64,000 nucleotides of DNA from an uncultured delta proteobacterium (GTDB taxonomy: Bacteria; Myxococcota_A; UBA9160; SMWR01), in assembly GCA_963832165.1 (NCBI GenBank), contig CAWHTE010000005.1, positions 32,001 to 96,000 on the forward strand, read 5' to 3'. Shown one piece after another: positions 9,746-21,097 of this stretch. The translations under genes were made by a program, and so were the position numbers. Position 1 is the first letter of the stretch, and every line of letters starts with the position of its first letter. The notes under the pieces are model-generated. The model was not told the origin of the DNA, did no database searches, and saw only the letters and a list, made by a program, of their open reading frames with translations.

Positions 9746-11014
9746 TCAACTCATCAGATGAAGGACGTGACCGAGCTTTTCTTTCTTGGTGCGCAGATAC
9801 TCGAGATTCTTCTCGTTCGGTGCGATCTCGAGCGGCACGCGGTCGACGATCGTGAGGCCGTAGCCCTCGATGCCCGCGCGCTTGCCCGGGTTGTTCGTGA
9901 TCATGCGCATCTGGCGCACCCCGAGGTCCACGAGGATCTGGGCGCCGACGCCGTAGTCGCGCAGGTCGGCCGGGAAGCCGAGCCGCTCGTTCGCCTGGAC
10001 CGTGTCGAGGCCCTCGTCGTCCTGCAGCCCGTAGGCGCGGATCTTGTTCTTGAGCCCGATCCCGCGCCCTTCCTGGCGCATGTAGAGCAGCACGCCCTGC
10101 CCCTCGCTCTCGATCAGCTTCATCGCGGCCTCGAGCTGCTCGCCGCAGTCGCAGCGCATCGACCCGAACGCGTCGCCGGTCAGGCACTCGCTGTGCACGC
10201 GCACGAGCACCGCGTCGTCGGGGCCGATCTCGCCCTTCACGAGCGCCATGTGATCGATGTGGTCGATGTCGTTCTCGTAGACGATGCACTTGAACTCGCC
10301 GCCCGCGTGCGTGGGCATCATCGCGACCGCGGCGCGCCGCACGAGCTTCTCCTTGCGCAGCCGGTACTGGATCAGGTCCGCGATGCTGACGATCTTCACG
10401 CCGTGCTGGCGCGAGAACTCGATCAGATCGGGCATGCGCGCCATCGTGCCGTCGTCGTTCATGATCTCGCAGATCACGCCCGCGGGCGTGAGCTCGGCGA
10501 GCCGCGCGAGATCGACCGAGCCCTCGGTCTGCCCCGCGCGCCGCAGCACGCCGCCCGGGCGCGCGCGCAGCGGGAACACGTGGCCCGGCCGCGCGATGTC
10601 GGTCGGCTTCGCGTCGGGAGCGATCGCGGTGAGGATCGTCGTGGCGCGGTCGGCCGCGGAGATGCCCGTGGTCACCCCGCGCCGCGCCTCGATCGACACC
10701 GTGAACGCGGTGCCGAAGCCCGAGGTGTTCTCCCAGTCGGGCACCATCATGCCGAGGTTGAGCTTGTCGAGCTGCTCCTCGGTCATCGACAGGCAGATCA
10801 GGCCGCGCCCGTAGCGGGCCATGAAGTTGATCGTCTCGGGCGTGACCTTCTCGGCGGCGACGCAGAGGTCGCCCTCGTTCTCGCGGTCGGCGTCGTCGAC
10901 CAGGATCACGAGCTTGCCGGCGCGGATGTCGGCGACGGCCGCTTCGACAGAAGCGATCGCAGCCCGGATCTGCTCCGGGTTCTGCGCGAGCTGAAGCTTG
11001 GGCTTTTGGGTCAT
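9746..11014 (-). CDS. ribBA: Bifunctional DHBP synthase / GTP cyclohydrolase II
   Basis: [50 protein letters not shown]. Confidence 0.97.
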   Translation of the reverse strand: MTQKPKLQLAQNPEQIRAAIASVEAAVADIRAGKLVILVDDADRENEGDLCVAAEKVTPETINFMARYGRGLICLSMTEEQLDKLNLGMMVPDWENTSGFGTAFTVSIEARRGVTTGISAADRATTILTAIAPDAKPTDIARPGHVFPLRARPGGVLRRAGQTEGSVDLARLAELTPAGVICEIMNDDGTMARMPDLIEFSRQHGVKIVSIADLIQYRLRKEKLVRRAAVAMMPTHAGGEFKCIVYENDIDHIDHMALVKGEIGPDDAVLVRVHSECLTGDAFGSMRCDCGEQLEAAMKLIESEGQGVLLYMRQEGRGIGLKNKIRAYGLQDDEGLDTVQANERLGFPADLRDYGVGAQILVDLGVRQMRMITNNPGKRAGIEGYGLTIVDRVPLEIAPNEKNLEYLRTKKEKLGHVLHLMS

Positions 11015-11104
11015 AGGGGGCAGGCCACCATCCGTCAGTCCAGACCCCGTGTTCCGAAAGCGGGGTTCCGGCGGGCGCGCGGGGTGTACCTGGGCGGGTT
11101 CCGC

Positions 11105-11133
11105 ACCGTATCAATGGCGGAATTCGGTGTCAA
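11105..11133 (-). promoter_or_regulatory. Sigma70-like promoter upstream of ribBA
   Basis: Minus strand TTGACA, 17 nt, TACGGT with a TG extended -10, about 90 nt upstream of the ribBA ATG. Confidence 0.6.
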
Positions 11134-11358
11134 ACCTGCGCATTGTTTGGGCATTTGTGCAATCGCAGCGCCCGCGTAGCCGCAGCCCCTGCCCTCACAC
11201 GGCCATCGGCCACCGTTGCTTTCATGTCAGAGTTCCCTTCGCGCTGCAGCTTCTACAAGCGAGAGCTGGTCTCGGCGCGCTGTGCAGCTCCCGCCGGATT
11301 CCCCTCCCCGGCATATCGATTGCACGCGTTGCGTTTCATCGAAACCGAGGAGGGAGTC

Positions 11359-11803
11359 ATGCTCGTACAGGAGATTATGACGAGTGATCCCGTGTGCTGT
11401 ATGCGGGATCTTCCGCTGAAGGACGTCGCGCGCCTCATGGTCGAGAACGACTGCGGTGGCATCCCGGTCGTCGACGACTTCGAGAGCGTCCGGCCGATCG
11501 GCATGATCACCGACCGCGACATCGCGTGTCGCGTGGTGGCCAAAGACCAGAATCCGCTCGAGCTCACGGTGGGCGACTGCATGACCGAGCCCTGCGTCAC
11601 GCTCGAGCAAAACGCGAGCGTCGAGAGCGTGCTGCGAGGCTTTCGAAGAGAATCAGATCCGGCGCGTCGCGATCGTCGATCACGCCGGGCGGTGCTGCGG
11701 CATCGTCGCGCAGGCCGACCTCGCCGAGTGGGCACCCGATCCTCAGGTGGCCGAGGTGGTGCGCTCCGTTTCGGAGCCGACCGATACGCCGTCCAACCTC
11801 TGA
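11359..11803 (+). CDS. CBS-domain protein (one frameshift near 11630)
   Basis: SD GAGGAGGGAG; MLVQEIMTSDPVCC...GMITDRDIACR; continues in another frame as ENQIRRVAIVD...GIVAQADLA to TGA at 11803. Confidence 0.85.
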
Positions 11804-11814
11804 TCGGGTCGGAC

Positions 11815-12302
11815 GAACGCAGCCGGACGCGTTCTCCAGGTTCGAAGAGCGCCGTCCAGTTGTCGCTCGGGCCGTGCCGTTGATGAGGAACGTATACGTG
11901 GAACCCGTGACGTCGGAAACGTCGGTGGGGTCCATGCGCATCTGCGCCCAGTGGAAGCGGTCCGCGAGCGGCTGGTCCTCGCGCGCGACAGGCTCGCAAG
12001 CGTCTGCTTCTGTCGATTGAAGTAGCCCGGTTGCGCCTTGAGCTTCCGGAAGATCGTGTGCGGGTGCAGGAAGCTCCAATCGACAGCACGACCACGTATT
12101 CGCGGTCCGACGCCACGGGATCGCGTCAGCCGGTCGATCACGATCGGGCCGTAATGGCCCATCTGTTCTGGAGGTCGGAGTGGCTGTGATACCAGTAGGT
12201 GCGGATTGCCGACGTCGTTTCGTAGACGAAGGTCGTGCGCGGCTTGATCCCCGGAAGCTCCGCCGGGAACGCCGTCCATCTGGAACGGCAGGATCACGCC
12301 GG
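11815..12302 (-). pseudogene. Internal fragment of a CopA-type multicopper oxidase, heavily frameshifted
   Basis: Stitched reading GVILPFQMDGVPG, TYWYHSHS, MGHYGPIVID, DREYVVVLS, QMRMDPTDVSDVTGSTYTFLING, NWTALFEPGERVRLR; truncated at both ends. Confidence 0.85.
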
Positions 12303-15300
12303 GAAGCGACCGCCGCTTCCAGAGCGCGAACAGCGCGGGATAGACCAGCAGTTCGAGCGCGAACGAGCTCGCGAGCCCGCCGACCATCGGCGCCGCGATC
12401 CGCTTCATCACGTCCGCGCCGCTGCCGCTGCTCCACAGGAGCGGGAGGAGGCCCGCCGTCATCGCGACCACGGTCATGAGCTTGGGCCGGATCCGGCGCG
12501 CCGCGCCCTCGACGATCGCGTCCTCGAGGTCGCGCTCGCTGCGCAGCTCGCCGCGCGCGGCGCGCTCGCCGTGCGCGAGCGTCAGGTAGAGCAGCATCAC
12601 GACGCCGGTCTGCGCGTCGAGCCCCGCGAGCGCGATGATCCCGACCCAGACGCCGACGCTCAGGTTGTAGCCGAGCGCCCAGAGCAGCCAGAACGCGCCG
12701 ATCAGCGAGAACGGCACCGCGAGCAGCACGATGCCCGTCTCCACGAGCGAGCCCGTGTTCAGGAACAAGAGCAATGCCACGAGCGCGATCGTGAGCGGCA
12801 CGACGAGCAGCAGCCGATCCTTCGCGCGCTCGTAGTGCTCGAACTGGCCCGCCCACGCGATCCGCGTGCCCGCGGGCAGCGAGACCTGCTCCGCCACGGC
12901 GCGGCGCGCCTCGTTCACGTAGTCGACGATCGGGCGCTCGCCTGATGTCCACGGCGACGTAGCCGACCAGGCGCCCCGACTCGCTGCGCACGAAATCGGG
13001 GCCCATCGCGAACGAGAAGTCGGCCACCTGCGCGAGCGGGACCTGCGCTCCGCCCGGCGTCGCCACGAGCACACGGCGCAGCGCGTCGAGGTCTTCGCGG
13101 TAATCGCGCGCGTAGCGCACGTTGATCGGGTAGCGCTCGCGGCCCTCGATCGTCTGCGACACGTTGCGCCCGCCGATCGCGGTCTCGACCACCTCGTTCA
13201 CGTCGCTCGCGCGCACGCCGTAGCGCGCGGCGTCCTCGCGCCGGATCGAGACGTCGAGGAAGAAGCCGCCCGAGAGCCGCTCGGCCAAGGCGCTGCGCGT
13301 GCCCGGGATCTGCGCGAGCACGGCCTCGATCTCGCGCCCGGCGCGGTCGATCGCGGCGAGGTCGGGCCCGAACACCTTGACGGCGAGCTGGCTGCGCACG
13401 CCGGTCGCGAGCATCTCGGTGCGCGTCTGGATCGGCATCCAGAAGATGTTCGGCATGCCCGGGTAGCGCAGCGTCTGGTCCATCTCCGACACGAGCCGCT
13501 GCCAGGTCATGCCCTCGCGCCACTGCTCGCGCGGCTTGAGCGTGATCACGGTCTCGACCATCGAGAGCGCCGGCCGGATCGGAAGACGTCTCGGCGCGCC
13601 CGATCTTGCCGAACACGCGCGCGACCTCGGGGAACTGCATGAGCTCCTGGTCCATGCGCTGCAGCACGTCCGCGGCCTCGGTGATCGACATGCCCGGCGG
13701 CGCGGTCGGCATGTACAGGATCGTGCCCTCGTTGAGCGGCGGCATGAACTCGCTGCCGAGCGCAAATACCACGGGTACCGTCGTCGCGAAGAGCAGCAGC
13801 GCCCCCGCGATCACGGTGCCGCGCCGCCGCACCACCCAGCGCACGACCGGCGCGTAGGCGCGCACGAGCGCGCGGTTGATCGGATGCTCGTCCTCGCTGC
13901 GGATCCGGCCGCGGATGAACAGCGCCGCGAGCGCGGGCGTGAGCGTCACCGAGAGCACGGCCGCGAAGCCCATCGCGTAGGTCTTCGTGTAGGCGAGCGG
14001 CTTGAACAGGCGCCCCGCGGTCGCCTCGAGCGTGAAGATCGGCAGGAACGAGACCGTGATCACGAGCAGCGCGAAGAAGACGGCTCGGGCCGACCTCCTG
14101 CATCGCGCGCAGGATCACCGCGTCGCGTGGCCCGGGCCGGCCCGCGTGCTCCCAGCCCTCGAGGCGCTTGTGCACGTTCTCGACCAGGATGATCGAGGCG
14201 TCGACCATCGCGCCGATCGCCACGGCGATCCCGCCCAGCGACATGATGTTCGCGGTGAGTCCCTGCTGGACCATCGGGATGAACGCGAGCACGACCCCGA
14301 CCGGGATCGTGAGGATCGGGATCAGCGCGCTGCGAACATGCAGGAGAAACACGAAGATCACGAGCGAAACGATCGCCAGCTCTTCGAAAAGCGTGCGGCG
14401 CAGCGTGGCGATCGAGCCCTCGATCAGCTCCGAGCGGTCGTAGGTGGTCACGACCTCGACGCCCTCGGGCAGCCCGGCCTGGAGCTCGGCCAGGCGCTCC
14501 TTCACCGCGTCGATCACGCGCAGCGCGTTCTCGCCGTAGCGCATCACCACGATCCCGCCGACCGCCTCGCCCTCGCCGTCGAGCTCCACGAGGCCCCGGC
14601 GCATCTCGGGACCGAACGACACGGTCGCCACGTCTTCGAGGTAGACCGGCGTGCCCCCGTCGCTCGCGCCCAGCGGGATGCGGCGCAGGTCTTCGAGCGC
14701 GTGCACGCGCCCGCGCCCGCGCACCGCGTACTCGTGTCCCGCGAACTCGACGACCTGCCCGCCGGCGTCCTCGTTCGACTCGCGCACGGCGCGGATCACG
14801 TCCTGGATCGGCAGGTCGCGCGCGAGCAGCTTGTTCGGGTCGACCTGCACCTGGTACTGGCGCACGAAGCCGCCCACCGACGCCACCTCGGCGACGCCGG
14901 GCACGCTCGCGAGCGCATAGCGCAGGTTCCAGTCCTGGAGGCTGCGCAGCTCTGCGAGGTCGTGGCGACCCGTGCGGTCGATGAGCGCGTACTCGAACAC
15001 CCAGCCGACGCCGGTCGCGTCGGGACCGATCACGGGCACGACGCCGCTCGGAAGCTGGCCCTGGACGCCCGAGAGGTACTCGAGCACGCGGCTGCGCGCC
15101 CAGTAGATGTCGGTCCCGTCCTCGAAGATCGCGTACACGAACGAGAGTCCGAAGAACGACTGGCCGCGCACGAAGCGGACGTTGGGCGCCGAGAGCAGAC
15201 GCGCCGAGATGGGATAGGTGATCTGGTCCTCGACGAGGTTGGGGCTCTGGCCCGGCCACTCGGTGAACACGATCACCTGGACGTCGGAGAGATCGGGAAT

Positions 15301-15414
15301 CGCGTCGAGCGCCGTGCCGCGCAGCGACGCGACACCCCACGCGGTGGCTGCGACCACGGTCAGGATCGCGAGCGCGCGATTGCGCGCGCACCACTCGATC
15401 AGGCGCGCGATCAC
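12303..15414 (-). CDS. cusA: CusA/CzcA heavy-metal RND efflux transporter (frameshifted; stop codon missing)
   Basis: LDAIPDLSDVQVIV, GPDATGVGWV, GAMVDASII, EFMPPLNEGTILYMP, RIRPKLMT, MKRIAAPMVGG spread over four ORFs; indels near 14085, 13575 and 12945. Confidence 0.92.
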
Positions 15415-16865
15415 CACTGCTCCAATGCGGCGCGCAGCCGACTCTCGGACGCGATCAGGAACGTGGCCGAGGTGACGATCGGATCGCCGGCCTCGAGTCC
15501 CGCGAGGATCTCGACGTCCTCGCCGCTGCGCAGCCCGACCTCCACGCGCTGCGGGCGGAATCGCCCGTCGCCGAGCGAGCGGAACACGAAGCTGCGCTCG
15601 CCCGCGTAGAGCACGGCGGACTGCGGCACGACCAGCCGCTCGCCGCGGTCGGCCTCGATCCGCACGTTCGCGTACATGTCGGGCCGCAGCGCGAGGTCGG
15701 GATTGGGCAGCGCGAGGCGGAGCCGCGCCGTGCGCGTCTTCGGGTCGAGCGTGGGATAGACGTAGGCGACGGTCGCCTCGAAGGTGTGCCCGGGCTGATA
15801 GGGCAGCGTCACGCTCGCGTGTTGCCCCTCGCGCACGAGCGACAGCTCCGACTCGTACACCTCCGCCTCGATCCACACTCGCGCGAGCGACGCGATCCGG
15901 TACAGGCGCTGTCCGGCCTCGAACGCACTGCCCTCGACGAGATTCTTCTCGACCACGTAGCCGGTCACGGGCGAGCGGATCGGCAGGTGCTCGAGCGGCT
16001 CACCGCTTTTCGCGAGCCGCTCGAGGTCGGCATCCGCGATGTCCCAGAGCCGCAGCCGGTTGCGCGCGGCGCGCACGAGATAGTCGGAGCGGTCGGGCGC
16101 GTTCGTGGCGCTCGCGCGCTCCTGGCTGCGCAGCGCCGTGAGGAATTCCTGCTGCGCCGCGTGGAGCTCCGGGCTGTAGACGCCGAACAGCACGTCCCCC
16201 TTCTTCACGGGCGCGCCGATCGCATTGGCGTGGACCGCTCCGGCCCAGCCGTTCATCTTGAGCGCGACGTCCGCGAGCGTGGTCTCCTCGGACGTGACCC
16301 GGCCGACCGCGCGCACCGCGGACACGAGCGCGCGGCGCTCGGCGGGCGCGATCTTCACGCCGATCCGCTGCAGGCGCCCGGGCTCGATCGCGAACTCGGG
16401 CGCCCCCTCGCCCTGCGGCGCCGGAGCGGCCTCCGCCGCGGCGCCCTGGAGACGCACGCCGGACGTGCCGACCGCGAGCGATCCCTGCGCGCGCGCGACC
16501 GGCCCGCCGGCCGGCTGCGCGGCGATCGCGACGTTCCAGCTGCCGGCCATGTCGAGCGCGAACTCCGCGCGGTAGCGGCCCTCTCCTTCTTCCGTCACGT
16601 GCGCGGGCCCGCCCATCGCGGGCATCGCGCCCATCGCGTGCATGACCACCTCGACGTCGACGTCGGCGCCCGCAACCGGCTTCCCCGACGCGTCGCGGAG
16701 TTCGACCCAGAGCGTGTTCTGGCCCACGCGCAGCTCGGCGGGCTCCACCGCCACCTCGATCTCGAGGCCCTGCGCGCGCACGGTCACCGGCTCGGAGCGC
16801 GATCCGCAGGCGAGGAGTCCGAGCCACACGGCACCGAGCGAGAGCCATCGAATCAGCGCGCTCAC
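15411..16865 (-). CDS. CusB-like efflux periplasmic adaptor with N-terminal YtkA/FixH-like Met-rich domain
   Basis: Lipobox-like LLAC, MHAMGAMPAMGG, YSPELHAAQQEFL, IRSPVTGYV, LRPDMYA, FLIASESRL; GTGA overlaps with both neighbours. Confidence 0.88.
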   Translation of the reverse strand: MSALIRWLSLGAVWLGLLACGSRSEPVTVRAQGLEIEVAVEPAELRVGQNTLWVELRDASGKPVAGADVDVEVVMHAMGAMPAMGGPAHVTEEGEGRYRAEFALDMAGSWNVAIAAQPAGGPVARAQGSLAVGTSGVRLQGAAAEAAPAPQGEGAPEFAIEPGRLQRIGVKIAPAERRALVSAVRAVGRVTSEETTLADVALKMNGWAGAVHANAIGAPVKKGDVLFGVYSPELHAAQQEFLTALRSQERASATNAPDRSDYLVRAARNRLRLWDIADADLERLAKSGEPLEHLPIRSPVTGYVVEKNLVEGSAFEAGQRLYRIASLARVWIEAEVYESELSLVREGQHASVTLPYQPGHTFEATVAYVYPTLDPKTRTARLRLALPNPDLALRPDMYANVRIEADRGERLVVPQSAVLYAGERSFVFRSLGDGRFRPQRVEVGLRSGEDVEILAGLEAGDPIVTSATFLIASESRLRAALEQW

Positions 16866-18196
16866 CACGCCACCCCCGGAATCTCGCCGATCGCGCGGTC
16901 GAGCTCGGCGCGGCGGCGCGAGACGTCCGCGAGCGCCTGCTGGTATGCGAGCTCGACGCTGCGCAGGTTGCGCTGCGCATCGATCAGCGCGAGGAAGCTG
17001 TTGCGCCCGCTCTCGAACCCCGTGCGCGCCGCGTCGACCTGGTCGCGCGATGCGGGAAGCTGGCGGTCTCCGATCAGGTGCAGCACGTGGTGCGCCTCCG
17101 CATAGCGCGCAGCGCCGCGCTCGACGTCGAGCCGCACCTCGTCCTCGAGCGCAGCGCGCTCGCTGCGCATCTGCTCGAGGCGCGCATCGGCCTCCTCGAC
17201 CGCCGCGCTGCGCCGCGGCAGCTGCAGCGGCACGTTCATCGCGAGCCCGACCGAGGGCCGCAGCTCGCTCTCTTCCCAGAAGCGGTCGTAGCCGCCCGAC
17301 ACCGTGAAGTCGGGCCAGTACTCGCGCCGCGCGAGGTCCGCGCGCGCCTGCCCGGCATTCACGCGCGCTGCGGCGGCCGCGAGCTCGGGGCGCCGCTCGA
17401 ACGCCTGCGCCACGAGCGGATCCAGCGCGCGCTCGTCCGCGGTCGGCAGCGCCGCGTGCGCGGGCGGGGGCGGCAGCGGCGCGCGCGAGCTGCGGTGCAG
17501 CAGTGCGTTGATCTGCTCGGCCACGATCCGGCGCTGCGCCTCGAGCACGACGCGGTCGTGCAGCGCATGGGTCAGCTCCACCTCGGCCTGGATCGGATCC
17601 TGCTGCGCGGCCTGACCGGCCTCGTAGCGCGTCGTCGCGATCTGCTGGAACGACTCGAGCAGCTCGATGTGCTGGGTGTTCACTTCGAGCGAGCGCGCGG
17701 CCACGTAGTAGTCGTCGTAGAGCAGCGAGGTCATCAGCGCGAGCCGCAGACGCACCGCCGAGAAGTCGCGCTGGGCGGCCTCCGCCTCGCCGAGCGCAGC
17801 CTGTCCGCGCAGCGCGAGCTTGCCCGGGAACGGCAGCGCCTGGGAGAGCTCGAGCGTGTAGGCCTCGTCCACGCGGTGCGTCCCGAACGAGCGCGGTGCG
17901 AGCGAGCCGCCGAGCATCGGGTCGTCGAGCGCGGTGACCTGCGGATAGAGCGCCAGCGCCGCGCGCCAGGCATAGCGCGCAGCGCGCAGGCTCGGGTTGC
18001 GCTCGAGCACCTGCTGCACGAGCACGCCTCGCGGAAGCTCGACCATGCCTGAAAAGAGCTCGTCGCCCGCGTCGGCGGAGGGCGCGCTGGGCGCCGTCCG
18101 CTCCCAGTCTTCGCGGAGCGTCCGGTAACGACTCGATGAAGCGACTGCACAGCCGCACAGGGCGATGGCCAGCAGAGGCGCGATGGTCGCGCGCAT
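16862..18196 (-). CDS. TolC-family outer membrane efflux protein
   Basis: ERNPSLRAA, SQALPFPGKLALRG, AMNVPL, FLALIDAQR; in operon with the adaptor and RND pump. Confidence 0.9.
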   Translation of the reverse strand: MRATIAPLLAIALCGCAVASSSRYRTLREDWERTAPSAPSADAGDELFSGMVELPRGVLVQQVLERNPSLRAARYAWRAALALYPQVTALDDPMLGGSLAPRSFGTHRVDEAYTLELSQALPFPGKLALRGQAALGEAEAAQRDFSAVRLRLALMTSLLYDDYYVAARSLEVNTQHIELLESFQQIATTRYEAGQAAQQDPIQAEVELTHALHDRVVLEAQRRIVAEQINALLHRSSRAPLPPPPAHAALPTADERALDPLVAQAFERRPELAAAAARVNAGQARADLARREYWPDFTVSGGYDRFWEESELRPSVGLAMNVPLQLPRRSAAVEEADARLEQMRSERAALEDEVRLDVERGAARYAEAHHVLHLIGDRQLPASRDQVDAARTGFESGRNSFLALIDAQRNLRSVELAYQQALADVSRRRAELDRAIGEIPGVAW

Positions 18197-18324
18197 GAAT
18201 TCCTCGCGTTCGACGTGTGATGGGGCGGATCCGGCCGAAGGCCGGGCTCCGCCGATTCCGGGCGCAGAAATGGCGGATTACGCCCTTTGGGCTAATCCGC
18301 CCTACTGATGCCGAGCCGCGCGGA

Positions 18325-18669
18325 TCAGAGTCGTCGAACGACCGAGAGCTGCAGCGCGGAGGCGCGAGACGCGAATTCGCGCGCACGGAGAGGCGCGAGA
18401 TGGCTGGCGGGAATCGGCTCCGCGGGCCGCGGCGCCAGCGAGAGGGCCGGCGTCACGGGCTTCGCCTTCACGGGCTCGGGCGCCGCAGGCGCAGCCGGTA
18501 CGAGCTCACAGCAGTCGGAGCTCTCGATTTCACAGGCCGGATCCGCCGCGGCGGAGCGCTCGGGGCAGCACGGCGCGCACATCGCGTTCGCGAACGCGCG
18601 CACGCCAGGCAGCGCGGCGAGCGCCAGGGTCAGGGCCAGCAGCGCGGGAAGGCGCGATCTCATCGCCAT
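18325..18669 (-). CDS. Small Cys/Pro-rich exported protein upstream of the metal efflux operon
   Basis: Signal-like N-term, then MCAPCC...C...DCC, a Pro/Ala linker and C-term LQLSVVRRL. Confidence 0.6.
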   Translation of the reverse strand: MAMRSRLPALLALTLALAALPGVRAFANAMCAPCCPERSAAADPACEIESSDCCELVPAAPAAPEPVKAKPVTPALSLAPRPAEPIPASHLAPLRAREFASRASALQLSVVRRL

Positions 18670-18746
18670 GGAGCGGTAACAAGCCTCCGGAGCCGCGTCA
18701 ATCCAGCACAGCGCTCTTCGGAGTGCGGCCGGCGCGGGTTGAGGCC

Positions 18747-21049
18747 TCACAGCGGCGCCCGCCGCAGCCGCAGCGCGTTGGCGATCACGGAGACCGAGCT
18801 CGCGCTCATCGCGGCCGCGGCGATCATCGGATCGAGCAGCAGCCCCGACCACGGGTAGAGCACGCCCGCCGCGATCGGAACCCCCGCCGCGTTGTACACG
18901 AACGCGAAGAAGAGGTTCTGCCGGATGTTGCGTCATCGTGCGCGTGCGACAGCTCGCGCGCGCGCGCGATTCCGCGCAGGTCGCCCTTCACGAGCGTGAC
19001 CCCCGCGCTCTCCATCGCCACGTCGGTGCCCGTGCCCATCGCGATGCCCACGTGTGCCTGCGCGAGCGCGGGCGCGTCGTTGATGCCGTCCCCGGCCATC
19101 GCGACGATGCGACCCTCGCGCTGCAGGCGCTTCACGACCTCGGCCTTCTGGTCGGGCAGCACCTCCGCGATCACTTCGTCGATCCCGAGCCGGCGCGCCA
19201 CGGACTCCGCCGTGGTGCGGCTGTCTCCGGAGAGCATCACCACGCGCACGCGCTCGGCGTGCAGCGCGCGGATCGCCGTCGGGCGTGGTCTCCTTGATCG
19301 GGTCTGCGATCGCGAGCAGGCCCGCCACGGCGCCGTCCACCGCGGCGAACATCACGGTCTGACCCTCGGCGCGCAGCGCTTCCGCACGTTCGGCGAGCGG
19401 GCCCGCAGCGATGCCGAGCTCGTCCAGCAGCGCGCGATTGCCGAGCGCGACGTCGCGCCCCTCGACCCTGCCGCGCACGCCCTTGCCCGTGATCGATTCG
19501 AACTGCGAGGCGTCCGCGAGCTGCACGCCGCGCTCCGCGGCGCCCTTCCCGATCGCACTCGCGATCGGATGCTCGCTGCCGCGCTCGAGGCTCGCCGCGA
19601 GCCGCACGAGATCGTCTTCTGCGAAGCCGGGCGCAGGAACGACCGACACCAATCGGGGTCGCCCCTCGGTCAGCGTTCCGGTCTTGTCCACGACCAGCGT
19701 GTCGACCTTGCGCATCACCTCGATCGCTTCGGCGTTGCGGAACAGGATGCCCCCCGTGGCGCCGCGGCCCGTCGCGACCATGATCGACATGGGCGTGGCC
19801 AGGCCGAGCGCGCACGGGCAGGCGATGATCAGCACCGCGATCGCATTGAGCAGCGCGTAGGCCAGCCGCGGCTCGGGGCCGGCGATCGCCCAGACCGCGA
19901 AGGTCGCCACCGCGATCGCGATCACGCACGGCACGAACCACGCCGCTACCGCGTCGGCGAGCTTCTGCACCGGCGCGCGGCTGCGCTGCGCCTCGGCGAC
20001 CAGCTGCACGATCCGCGCGAGCAGCGTGTCCGCACCCACGCGCTCGGCGCGGATCACGAGCGCGCCGGTCCCGTTGATCGTGGCGCCGATCACGCGATCG
20101 CCCGCTTCCACGGACACCGGGACGGGCTCGCCCGTGACCATCGACTGGTCGACGTGGCTGCGGCCCTCGAACACCACGCCGTCCACGGGCACCTTCTCCC
20201 CGGGCCGCACGCGCAGGCGGTCGCCCACCTGTACGGCGTCGAGCGCCACGTCCTCTTCGCGGCCGTCCGGAGCGATCCGGCGCGCGGTCTTGGGCGTGAG
20301 CCCGAGCAGCTGCCGGATCGCGGCGCCCGTTCGCGAGCGCGCGCGCAGCTCGAGCACCTGGCCCAGCAGCACGAGCGTCACGATCACGGCCGCGGATTCG
20401 AAGTACACGGGCACCGCGCCACCGTGAGTCGCGGAACGAGTCCGGAAACCATCCGGGCGCGAGCGCAGCCGCGGCGCTCGCGATCCACGCCGCGCCGGTC
20501 CCGAGCGCGATCAACGTGAACATGTTGAGGCGCCGCGTGCGCAGGGAGGTCCAGCCGCGCACGAAGAACGGCCAGCCGCCCCAGAACACGACGGGCGTCG
20601 CGAGCGCGAGCTGGATCCAGGTCCGCGCTGGCGAGCCCGAGTGCCCCGAGAAGCCCGGCACCATCTCCGCCATCGCGATCGCGAACACGGGCACCGTGAG
20701 CACGAGGCTCACCCAGAACCGCCGCGTCATGTCGTCGAGCTCGGGATTGCGCTCGTCAGCGGTCGCGCGGAGCGGCTCGAGCGCCATGCCGCAGATCGGA
20801 CACGCGCCCGGCGCGCTGACGCCGAACCTCGGGATGCATCGGGCACGTGTATTCGCTTCCGGGCGGTGTCGCCGCCACCACCGCCATGGGCGCGAGGTAC
20901 CGCTCCGGCTCCGCGCGGAACTTCTCGAGACAGCGCGCCGAGCAGAATCCGTACGTCCGACCCGCGTGCACGTACCGATGCGGGCCGTCCGGCGGGACGC
21001 TCATCCCGCACACGGGATCCTTCAGCGGTTCCACGCCACCCATGATCAT
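18747..21049 (-). CDS. copA: Cu(I)-translocating P1B-type ATPase with YHS and heavy-metal-binding domains (frameshifted)
   Basis: KDPVCGM...FCSARC (YHS), [40 protein letters not shown]; about four indels (near 20820, 20420, 19280, 18935). Confidence 0.92.
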
Positions 21050-21097
21050 CGGGCACTGGATCCAAATCCAGTCGATGTCCGGGAAAGACGCGCTGGA

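Noticed and set aside
11015..11104. Possible FMN riboswitch in the ribBA leader
   Set aside because: The leader is only ~85 nt with one hairpin and lacks the conserved RFN sequence blocks.
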